This document shows, one piece after another, positions 42,001 through 55,226 of a DNA stretch of 64,000 bases. The stretch lies in NCBI GenBank assembly GCA_001938485.1, contig MQRK01234068.1, positions 17,059 through 81,058 of the forward strand. Reading direction: 5' to 3'. Position 1 is the first letter of the stretch. The number at the start of each line of letters is the position of its first letter. A program made the position numbers and the translations under genes. This DNA comes from Girardia tigrina (lineage: Eukaryota). The notes below the pieces were generated by a model. It saw only the letters and a program-made list of their open reading frames with translations. It did no database searches and was not told the DNA's origin.

Positions 42001-42529
42001 AACTGTCATGAAAGTTTCATGTCGCTAGGTGAACGGGAAGTGAGTGAATTTTCGATCGTAAGATTTGATGCATCCAGACAGACAAACAAATGAAACATAA
42101 TAAAAGCTTGTAATAAAAAGCTCATATAATCTTGGTTAATTTACTGTATAGTTTCAAAAATATTTTAACCATGCTTAAATTAGCTCATTTCATATATAGA
42201 TGTACAGGGGATAAAAAGGGGACGACACGTTTCGAAATAATAATCCCATCATCAGGTCACAAAATGCATTCAACTCACACATTATACGAGAAAAAAATAA
42301 TAATTAAAAACCATTTTACCAATAAATCATTGGATAAAAATGAATTTATTTCATTTCTTTAAAAATTAAGCAAAAAAACATCAAACGCGTTCAATTATAT
42401 TCTCGCAAACTAACCATTGGAAGCTATCAATTGCAATTTGAGAAAACAGTATGTTTACTCTATCGTTCCGTACTTTACAAGGTAAATTATTTAATATGGT
42501 AAAGATAACAATTGAAAGCCAACCAAAAG

Positions 42530-42572
<43 letters not shown>

Positions 42573-45500
42573 AAATGTATTTAATAAATCTATAAAACAA
42601 ACCTGATGCTTTACGCTTATGACCTTTCGTAAGTTTAGAGTTTTCTGAAGCAACATTTGAAATATAATTATTCGACAAATACATTATTTGATCTTTCATC
42701 CATCTAAATAAATGAATAATCAAATTATCTCTACTATATTTTCCAAGATGAGAATCAATATTTGAGTCTTCATTTATTGAATTCAGCAACTGATTTTGAT
42801 AACAATCACGAATATCACTCAACTATAACATTTATAATCATATATAATATTAAAAGAAAAATATTTACTTCCATTCTTCGCATATCAATGGACAAAACGG
42901 TAACAAAAAAAGTAATTTGTAAAAAGAAATCAGTTGAAAGACCAATGAGCGCCAAAAGAAAAAATTCTTGAATAGCGGGATTAAATGTGAAAATACCTAA
43001 ACTTAATATTAAAATTTCTGACAACAAATTTTTGGTAATTGCCCATCCTTCCTTTTCCAGTCCTTGTGAAATAAAACATTAATAGATTAGTCGTATAACA
43101 GTAAAAAAAATAAGAGCCGTATAAGAATTAAGACTGATTACAAAATATATAATAAATAACAGTATTCAAGCTTCCTACTAAGACATGTTTCAATCTATAT
43201 CGATCAACATCAGTGTTCGGAATTTAAATTCAAATTATTATATTGGTATTATTGTTATTTATATTTGGATCTCCATCATCTCCTCTCAAGAGAAATTCAA
43301 ATCGACATTATTACTATAATCAATAATGATAATCTCGAATGACAATCCCTGACCTTTTTATTGCTTTATGTTTGTCTATATATTTGTCATGTGAGATTAT
43401 AAATAATTAATATAATTAAAAAGAATTTAATTAAATAAAATAATTAAACAATATCTAAAATGGAAAGAGAGTTGAAACTCGGTTTTTCAATTTTAAAAAT
43501 GATAAATCTAGTCTTATATATTGAAGAGATATTTATAAAGATCTATAAAATTATTAAATATTTGTAGAAATTCTTTTAAAAGATGACGTTACAAAAGTTA
43601 CCATCGGTTAACAATCAATAAAATTTGTTGTGATAACTTATTTAATGTTAATATTGGTGCGAAGATTCTATGTGTATATTTGAACTTTGCGAAGATATAA
43701 AGTTCAAAAAATAAACATAAACGAAGCTATCTATACATAGAAAATTGTTTGGTAACGATAAAACAAAAAAACAAATAATTGCACTTTAAATTGAAATACT
43801 ATAATAACAATGGTCTACAAAAATATTTTTGTCTATTGAAAGATGACGTTACAAAAGTTATGAAATGGAGATTCCATTTAAGAGATATTATGATGAAATC
43901 TCTCGCCGTGTTCGTCACTCACAGCTGCAAGATTTGGATAGAAATCCAAGTGAGACTGCGTGAAGTGAACTTTAAGACTCGTATAGCATTTCTTCGCGAC
44001 CATTTCTACGACTCGACTATGTTCTCAGAAATGTATTTTTAATTGGGTGCCCTGGTATTAAGAACACCGACATGATTTTCTACACATTTTTTTATAACAA
44101 TTTGACTTGTCTTTGGGACAATTCTCAGTAAAGCTTTAGTAATTTAACACATAGCTAAATTGATAAAATTTTTGATAATGAATTGTTTTAAACGATTATT
44201 AGAACAAATTCTAATTTTATACATTTAAAATATTTGCACATTTTATTTTTAAATTTTACCTTAATAATTTCTACAATAAATATTTAAATTATATTCATCA
44301 AACAGAAGTTACTATCGGGCACTTTTTTAAGTCATCTAAATACTGAATGTGTCCCTCCAAAGCCAACCATTATGTATAGTGAAGCCGTTTGTACATATCA
44401 TATGTTGTGTACAGGATTTTCAAGACCGACAAATTTACAAATAATAAAGGTAGGCCTTCATAACTGTTGAAGTAATATTATACCTATTTATTTTCGATGT
44501 TTAATGTGAGGACTTTTTGGCAATATCATAAATTTTTAGAATTTTTAAAATTTGAAACTGTAAAATATTTAGACATAATGTATAAAAATTTTATAATAAT
44601 TTTTAACAATTCAGGAAGTTATCAATATTTAAAATTCAAATTTAATCACATAAAAAACGAATTATATTTAAAACTATTTTACAATTGAATATAAAAAGTA
44701 AAATTAATCAAATATAAAAAAATACTAAGTACAATTAAAAGATTTTAGGAATTAATGTGAAATAAAATTATGTGGAAAATAAATATTATTTTAAAGTATA
44801 AAATTAAAATTAAAATAGTTGGAATCAGAATATGTTCGATATAAAAACTTATTCTGATTCCAATAGATATGGAATAAGTTTAAAGTTTAATAAATTCAAA
44901 GGTAATTAATTCAAGTTTAAGAATTAGATCAAAATGAAAAAAATCAGGAAGTTTAAATTAATTAAAAACATTTTACAAAAATAGATTGGTATAATTATCA
45001 CGATAATTATATTTTAAAATTGGAATTCATTTGTGATACTGGGAATTATTAATTTATAGTAAACTAATATAGATTTAAACATTATACAGTAATTATTTGT
45101 TGTTAAGTTATGTAGATATAAAATTTTATTGAAATGTAATTCTGTAAAATTATTGTAATTAAAAAAAATTATAAATTCAATTCGTAAAAAAACCATTTTA
45201 ATAAATAACATATCAGTATTTATAATTCAGTATTTTTACGTATAATCCATCTGGTCGAAAAAAAAAGACTTTTTCCTCAAAAATTGTTTGAATAATTGTT
45301 AATTGTAATATAAATAAAGTTTGCGTTCTTATGACTTCAATTATTGATAACGAACCCAACATTTACTATTTACGCAGCAGAAATTATAGGAATTTATGTA
45401 TATTATTTTCCTGAGTAACATGAATATGTCATATTACCATTAAACTAAATTAATTTCAATTAATTTCCAAATATAATTTGAATTCAAATTTTTTAAAGTG

Positions 45501-48500
45501 CAAAGAAAACACATGTAATTAAAATGTATTGATTAATTAATGTAAATTATTGCTAAATGAAAAATGCAAATATTTAAAAACCTCTAGGTGATAGAAACAA
45601 ACGGGAAACATATTTGGAACCTGCGTATGAAAGTTGATTTAAGTAATAAAATTTATGTAGACCAACGTTATTTATAAAAATATTATAAATATTTGACAAA
45701 TGTTTTCTCTTGCATATCATGACTAAGATTTGATTCTCGTTTGAAAATGAGTATAATAATAATAATATAAGCGAGATTAATTGTGTAATAAAATGGCTAA
45801 CCACGTTTAACATATTAAGATTACTTCCTAATATTAAAAACAAAAATTTAGTTCTTAAAAATTAAAATATTTAATGTTTTTCTTATTTAATTATTTAAAA
45901 ATTTTATAATTATAAAATAACAGATAAAATAAAGTTAATTCATCTGAGTAAATACCAGACGATTTAGAGAATATTAATCAGATTTTATTCTTTTACAGCT
46001 CAGACAAAATAAAACTAGAAACCTTGAGCAATTCTATGCTTGACTGGCAAATCTATAGGAGTTGCTACCACTGATTTTGTAACCACTAAAGTATTTTCAA
46101 GACCAATTATAACAACAAGATACGGAAATATTTCACTTGATTATAATGATAAAATAATATGATTTAAATTCATATTTATATATAACCTGCCTGGCAATGT
46201 AGGAACGATAATTCCAATATAAATACAAATCCCGAGAGACATATAAAGAGAAGCAGCCACCGTGAAACATGCGCTAAACGCTAGTCCGATTTTGCTTTTG
46301 ACCAGTTCAATCTTTCCTTAATATAATATTATAAATGTAAAAAAACTTCATCACAAATTATAATAATAAATTAAATTCGACCATATTAGATATTAGGTTG
46401 TTGCAAAAGCAATGCAGGTTTTTGAACCTCAACTTTAGACCATAGGTTCCCAAAGTGGTCTATATCGACCCTCAGGGGTCGATAAAGATTTCAAAGGGGT
46501 CTACGTGAGCGAAAAAGAAATTGGAGCTCTGTTGTTTTTCTTAGCAGGGGGTCTATCCAAAACCGAATATCATGGCAAGGGGTCTACGAGTGACAAAAGT
46601 TTGGGAACCTTTGCTTTAGACAAATGTAACTCAGCACAGAATAAACTTTATTAATCGAAATAAAAACCAGCAGAATCAATACTTTTTTGCCAACGAGAAA
46701 CAAGTTTATTGATGCCCTAGTGTAGAACTCCTCAGTTCAGGATGCGATGAAAGCGTTAAAGGCGTCTTTGGCGTCAAGTTGGTTTTTGAAGCATTTTTCC
46801 TGGAGAGTTGTACAGATACTTGAAAAAATAGTAGTTAGTGGGCTAGAGATCCAGTGAGTTTGAATGAATGAGACAGAGTTTCGTAGCTTAATTCGTTTAG
46901 CTTTTGTAGGGTCGGTTTTGCGATATGTGGCCGGGCGTTGTCGTGGAGGAGAATTGTCCCCTTCATATTGACCAATCTCAGGCACATACATCGAAGCTCG
47001 TGATGTATTTTGTCAATTTGTTGGCAGTACTTCTCTCCGATGATCGTTTTTACCGTATTCAGAAAGTTGTGATGGATGAGATCAGCTGCAGACCAGCAAA
47101 CAGTCACCATAACCTTCTTTTGATGGAGTTTCGGTTTCAGAAAGTGGTGAGGAGCCTCATCGCGGTCCAACTATTGTACCGAACGTCACCGATTGTCGTC
47201 TTCCACTACTTCTCATCCACTTCTCATCACACATCACAATTCAATCGATAAGCGGGTCGTTCTTGTTGAGCAGAAGAAGCGCGGAAGACACCTCAAAACG
47301 ACAAAAGATTTTTAGATGGGCAAAGCGGAACAACTCTGAAGGAATTTCATTCTGAAGTATTTTATTCGCATATTTCTTTCTAAAATTTCTTTTAAGGTTA
47401 AGGTCGGTGATATACTTTTGTCATCAATATAAAATATTAAGACTACGAGTATTTTAAGCTAAGTTTAAGAAAATTTATGTATTTATGAAATATATAAATA
47501 AATTACTTACCTTAATTTTCTATGGTAAGTAGCAGATTTGTGATATTTATGTTTAATTAGCTTGCTAGCACGCAGTACGAACACGAAGTGTATCATCTGA
47601 GAGACAAATACAATGTTACTGGGTAGTAAAGGCAATATGTTAGTCGTCGTAGCTTGTGGGATTCTTAGAACGCGAAACAATGATTTTCATAAATATAAAA
47701 TTGAACTTAATTCTTAATCCTTAAAAGCATGATGATGTATATGTACATCAGTGTTTTCTTCCTTACATAATTTCTAAACGGTAATTCAAACACAGTATTT
47801 ATTACTTTTAGTAGGTGCTAAAAATATCTATCTTAGTTTTTGAACGCAAACTTTCATGATATGGCAGCTGACTTTTTTAACTGTCAAAATTTGACAACTT
47901 GGCGCAACACTTTCAAATACACACTTCGTATTTAAATCATTAAAAATCATGCATTTAGGGGTTAAAGTTGGGACTTTTGAAAAACATAGCAGGGCGCAGG
48001 ACAAAATGTTAAAAAGCGGGACGTCTGGTCATCTTAGCCATACACCCAGAAATTACGAAATAACAGCCAAATGATTAGTGTAAGCCGTATTAGGTAGTAC
48101 AACAACCTTAACGATGTGACAAAAATCCCAGATAACATTATAGCAACACAAATTACTGAACCGAAATACAAAACAAAATATCAAAACAAATGAAATTTAT
48201 ACTGAAATTCCATTATTACGCCTAAACAACACGATAAAAATTCACAACATCAACAAAATTCATTTTCCTCAGTTATCAAATTTAGTTTTTTCAAAATTAA
48301 CTTTCTTTATTTTACACTAATTTCTTTAACACAAATCAAAATTGGAAGGAGGATTTAAATTTATAAAGATTTTCTAACATTTATTACAATTTACTTATAC
48401 TTAACAAATTACATAATAATTTGAAACTGTCACAAATTTTCTGAATATTAAAACACATGAAATTTTATTAAAGAATAATTTGGATCAATTATTATATTAT

Positions 48501-51500
48501 AATTATAAATAGAAATATGTTATTATAATACTAATTATTCTCACACAACTATTTATTTTTTTTAATTCAGATTAAATATTTTTAATGTTTTATTTTTTTA
48601 TTTATTTATTTTTTATATTTATTTTTTTAATTATTAATTATATATATGTATCAAAACACTAATGATAAAAATTAACAGAAATTGTCATTCAAAGAGTTTA
48701 TATTACTCTTCGAGATGAAAGAGAGATGGAGAAAGAGGAGTCAGATTGCTATAAATAATGATAACGACAACATATAATAATAAAAACAATTTGAATCCCA
48801 AACAATAATTCTAATAAATCTTTTTATACATATTTATATAATTATGTACTTTTTTTCATTTTTTCAAAGTTCAAATCAATTTAAATCTTGCTTTAAGATT
48901 AACTACCAGTACCATCATTATAATAATTAATAATATTTTTTTTATTTTAGGACCAAATCAATCAATTTACCATGAATGTATTTAGATGAGAGAAGATGAT
49001 TTACGAAATCTAAGAATTCTAACATGTTAATTTTTTTTAACTTTCAAATCTATAGTCATTTTTAAAATATTTTTATATTATTTTATAATTTAAACTAATA
49101 CAAAAATAATGAAAAAAATAAATTTCAAATACAAAAATCAACATGCCAAATATTAAATAAATAAATATAAATTATCACAATAAAATCAAATTATGATTTA
49201 AATCAAACTAAAAAATTATAACTGGTCTCAAAACTTAAAAAAGATTTTAATATAATTTTAAAGCAAACAATATAATTAAATTAAATAGATTAAAATTAAA
49301 TTACTTAAAAAAGAGTTAGTTAGGTTTTATATACAATTAAAAATAGTTTATATATTAAAAAATAACATCAAAAGACTAAGCTAAAAAACTTTCCGATATC
49401 ACTTTAAAGTACTAAAGAATCAAGCGATAAACAAAAATAAAAAATAAACAATTCTAATAAATCTTTTTATACACATTTATATAATTTGATGATTTAACCT
49501 CTTTCTTCATTTCTTCAAAACTCACTGTAGTTATTCTTTGATCATTGGTCTTATACCATTGATCTTTGTATTTAACAAAGCTGTAATAATGTCCACGTGA
49601 AATAGTTCCTCCGACATGATTTACAACTCCGATCAATTCATAACCGGAAATATTCACACTATCATCATTTCCATATAATAACTCAAATTTGTCGTCTATT
49701 TTCATTTCTTCATTAAGCTTATTAATNGCTAATGAGATCGGATTTCTAACAAATCTTTTTATACACACGATCAAATATTTAGGACTATTTGAAAATATTT
49801 CGCAATTTCTGCCTCTCCCATTTATCGAATTACAACTCGGACATTTATATCCTTCGACTTTATTTCTAATGCAATTTACGATCATTTCGTCCATCTCACT
49901 ATTTCCATCAATGTTTATGAATAGCATATTTTCATTTACGATATTCGGTTGAGATGCTTTTGTATGTTGACAATTGTCACAAAACAATCTTACATCACGA
50001 TTAATTTGAAATGGTAAAGCTTCGTTTCCAATAAACGGTTTTACTTCTTCTTCAAGTTTATTGAGAAAATTGTTAAGAAATTCNNNNNNNNNNNNNTGTT
50101 TGTTCCAAGTTAATTCACTTCCAAAATATTTCAATTCACAATTTTCTTTAAGAAAATTGTAAATAGAAAATTCTTGTTGCTTTTCAAAGGACAATGTAAA
50201 ATGTTTCATCAATGATAAAGCATGACAAGATTTTTCAGGTATGATTATCTTTTTTTTGTGAATCTAAAAAATTGAAAAATAATTACACTTTTTTCACCAA
50301 TTACAATCAAAAACAAAATTTAAATATTAAATAGTACTTTAATTGTTTTATATTAGAAAGAAATCCCTTAGGATGGGGAACATAATAAAGTAAAAAAAAT
50401 TTCTTGACAAAATAAATAAGGGGTTTGATATTCCAAGTTTCTGAGAAACTTTGAGGATAATTTAAAAATTAAAAGACTCTTAAAAACATCTTTAAAAACA
50501 AGTAGTCAATGCCGCCGGATCTCGTCCGATCTCTGAAGTTAAGCAACTAACGGCCGCGTTAGTACTTTTTTGGGTGACCGATAAGGAAATCGCAGGACTT
50601 TTGACTACAAGTAAGGTCAGGCAAGCTGTCTGCTACAGGTACCATATAAACCTGTGGAGCGGAGAATTGCCAATTTTGACCGAACATTTATTTTTGCCAC
50701 TATTAGTGAATATAAATAAAATATATAACTAAATTAACAAATTAAATAAATTGCTTTAATTAAATAAAATGAATAAATTAAATAAATAATTAAAAATAAA
50801 AGAAAATTAATCAAATAACAAGAAAAATGAAAATGAATCGGTTCGTCAAGAAATAAATAAATCGTTAGAATAAAACTCGCAAAATTTCATGAAATTAAAC
50901 TCCACGAAACGACAGCTCTTTTATTTGAACTGGAACAACAGTCATTTGATTAATTATCAAATTTTTAATTCGTTCTGAATAATGTATGGTGAGCCTCATT
51001 TTTATTTTCTCTTTCAATGTAATAAATGGAATATGTGTGATTGTGTAAGTTTCTTTATTGCATGTATGTGTGTTGGTGTGAATGTCTGAGTGCGTGTGTA
51101 TGAATGTATTGTGAATAATATGTTAATTTGATTGGAGAATTGTGAGTGTGTGTATTGAGTGGCTAGCTTTTGTATTTCGTCACCAATTATCATCAATTAC
51201 AAAAAAAAGTAAAAGTGTTCAATTTAAAAAAAAGGTTTGTCAGTTTGAAAAGGGATAATAAAAGGTCTTTGTGTCAATCTCAATTGTTTTTCAATCACAA
51301 TTCTTTTTTAAAATACAAAAGAAATAATTTAATTGAACGAACAAAAAGAATAAATTGATGAAATGGCTGATAGAGAGGTGAAAGTGCATAGAGCTAAATT
51401 AGTTGATGGAGTGGTTAATGCGATGAGAGATGTCGTTAAAATGACCGGCGAATTGAACATGGATGAGCGTGACTTATTATCGGTAGCATATAAAAACGTA

Positions 51501-54500
51501 ATCGGAAGTCGGAGAGCGTCATGGAGGATGATGAGTAGCATTGAACAAAAAGATCCTTCTCGACTTCCATTGATTAAAACCTACCGAAGTCAAATTAAAA
51601 AAGAATTGAAAGTCTGCATTGATATAATAGCCTTACCCGATGAGTTCTTGTTGGTGACTTCAAATGGCGGTGAAGCTAAAGTGTTCTTAAAAATGAAAGG
51701 CGATTATTACCGTCTTCTGTCCAAAATATCGTGGAGACACGGAATCCTGTCCAACCTGTATTATCTGTCCCATGGTCGAATGGTTGGCGACTAAACCAGT
51801 TCCCTCATCCAAAACAACCTGGGTGTAGAGGTGTGTTGACACCTAACAGGATGAAAAACAAAACCTAGAAAAGGGTGGATGAGCTCCTTGGAGCCAACAG
51901 CCATCCATAGCTGGAGAGGAGATAGGCGCCACTAGTTTCCTTGCCTACTAAGACACTCAAAATATGCAAAACCAGGCCATAATGCTTGTGCATAATTGAC
52001 TGCACCCACGACCCAAAGGCTACGGTACCAAAAACACATCGTTAATTAAGCATATAATAGGGAGCTTAAAATGGATAATTGAAATAAATTTCCAATTAGA
52101 ATATACAATTCTAGACAAGTCTAAATTATTCTTTTCTTTGTGTTTATCTTGTCAAGCTTTGTTATATAGCTCAGAATGGTTAAGATAATTTAATACGTTT
52201 TGGAAAAATTTCTTGGTTGATATTTTGTCATTTGAACACCTTGTAAACTGCCAATATTTTAATAAAATTAATTAATAAACTAAAAGAAACAATATTTAAT
52301 AATTGTAAAATATTTAATTTAAATACTTCGAATACTCCAATAATTATGACCCAATCTTTACAAGATCAGAATAATAATAAATTTCCTATTTTATACAGAC
52401 AAGTTTAAGAAAAGATAACGTTTGTAATTGAAAATGTACGTCTTTTTCCTAAATAATAACTTACGTTTAAATTAGGTGTAAGTGGCTGAAAGATCAATGA
52501 TTCTGTTTTTCATATCTTAAATAAACTCTACAAATAAACTCTTAAATACTACAATGATAAATTAGGTTGTCCAAACCAAACGTAGCGGTTTTAAAACTAA
52601 ATGTAACCATTATCAATGTGTATTACCCGATTTCAAAGTTCAGATAGCTTTTGCACACTACCCATACATTAGTTCATTCACAGCTGCCACATTAAAATCA
52701 TCCCATGTTTCGTAACTAGTACTTCTTACGTTTCTTTTTAATTGTCCAGAACAATTAAAATCTCATGTACTAATCTCTGGTGAATATAGTGAATGACTCT
52801 AAGTTTCAATATGCTTTGATTCAAGAAAATCTTTAATTATTCGCGATTTATGAAGCCAAGCATTTTGATAGAAAAGAATAGGACTCTTATAAGGCTTTCC
52901 CTGCAGACAAGATTTTTTTACACGTCAGCATTGCCTGTTGTTCTCTCGTGTAAAAGTTATCAGAAATAGATTTCATAAAAATTCAATGCTATAAATAAAG
53001 TTACGTTTGTTCCCGTGTATGTCTTCTCGAGGCTCAGAAGAGCATGGCTCGGCAGAGAACAACCAAACTCGTTGATGTGACTTATATGCTACCAGATACA
53101 CCCAGTTCTCATCAATATTAAGAGTCTGCTTTAGGAGTGAATTATCACGATCATAATTTGCTATACAAGTCAAAACACGATGTTCTTTTTGTGCTTCTGT
53201 TATTTCATGTGGGATCCATTTACCCAGCTTTTTTTCATTTGTAAATCAACAAACAATTCATTGTACCGTATATTTTGGGATGTCTAACTTTAGCGAAATG
53301 GCACGGAGAATTAGCTTGGAGAATCTGCAGATCAGGATCAATGTTGGAGACCGTTTCATAGATAATATCATCACTGTAGACGGGATAACATTGTATCTTT
53401 ATGTCCCATAATCTAAAAGATAGTCGTAAGAATAGAAACTGTCAGGAGAAAGCAGCTCACTGAAAATGCGGTCCTCAAATTGATACCGAAAGGCTCTCGT
53501 GCTGACGGTGTTTTGGGACTCCAATGGAATTATTCTGACTGACTTTGCTGAAAAAAGCCTTCAAAAATCTCGTTATTCGTTGGGAAAATTGTGTCAGTGC
53601 ACAAGGAAATTATTTTGAAAAATAACGCCTATTTACCATGCTTGTTCTAAATACAAAATGTTGTGGTGATATCTTAAGTATTTCTATATTAGTCTCACGA
53701 CTTATTGAGCGCACCATGTAATTTGGGAATGTACATGTTGTTTATGCATAGTTTCGTTTGAACAAGCAGCATGAACAAGCAAAATCGAGTAAACCAACAA
53801 CACAAATGCTAGCGATGGATGAGGACGGATTGTCAATTCCATGGCAACAAAATATTAAAGAAATCTGTGAAATAATTAAACAAATAGAAGAAGGAAAAGA
53901 GACAAAATTTAAGCAAAGCGATAGATGTATAGAAACTTTTGATAACAGTATTTAGATTCCGAAGGAAACAAGGAACGATTGTATTTTATTTTTCCATAAA
54001 TTTATGTGTCATGCGGGAGTAAATAAAACGTACACATTCACGAGAGAAGAATATGAAATGGAGGAGTTTATTAAAGACGTTGAAAGAATAGTGCGAGCAT
54101 GTGTAGTGTGTCAAACATCTAAAACTTGTACGGGAACAACAAAAGAAAACACAGTGAACTTGATTTCAAAACGACCATTTGACGATATTTACATGGATTA
54201 TTGTGGACCTATGCCAATCATAAATGGAAAAAAATATTTTGGGTATAATAGACAGATTTAGTAGGTATGTTAGTCTCACAGCAGTAAATAACAGCAGACC
54301 ATACCACGTCAATGGATATTTAGGTTTGGAGCTCCAGCATGTATCCACGTGGACCATGGAAAGTATTCGAATCGCTGGCATTTATGGAATTTGTAAATCT
54401 CGATTGATTAAAATAAACTTCTCAAGTCCATACTATCATAGTTCGAATGGAATAATAGAGACAATTTTGAACACTTCGAGATTCATTAAATGCGACTTTA

Positions 54501-55060
54501 AGAGAGGAAGTAAAAATTGGGTAGAGTTACTTCCAGAGATAGAATTTAGTATGAATGCAAAAAGACAAAGCACTATTGGATATAGTCCTGCAGAAATAAT
54601 TCTGGGAAAACTGTTAACCCTTGACGGCTCACGACATTATGAATTGGAAAACAAGAAGATAATTGACGAAGTTAAAATGTCAGAGATGAGCAAACCTAAT
54701 GTAATGATAACAAAACGGTATTTCCGGGTCGGTGACTGGGTACTAGTGAAAATAAATAATACGCAGAAAGGATCAAACCGTTATAAGGGACCGTATGAAA
54801 TTATTCGTAAAGACCATGATCGTTGCGTTGAAATGCGGAATAAAACAGGTCGAATAATTCATAGCAATATAGAATGGCTTAAGCCTTTTAAAGAAGGGGG
54901 AGTTTAAGGATAAATAACTATATATCTATATTATTTTTACTATACTAAGATAACATTTCCAATATTATAATAATGGATCCAAAATATTCTGAATTAAGAC
55001 TTTTGATGCTTTTTGTGAACTCAACTAGTACACTATACGAAACCATAAATATTTAAAAGC

Positions 55061-55136
<76 letters not shown>

Positions 55137-55186
55137 NNNNNNNNNNNNNNNNNNNNNNNNNNNNNNNNNNNNNNNNNNNNNNNNNN

Positions 55187-55226
<40 letters not shown>

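Noticed and set aside
43579-44042. 22-bp direct repeat and an ORF faintly like a pPolB N-terminus
   Set aside because: Similarity too weak to assign without a search
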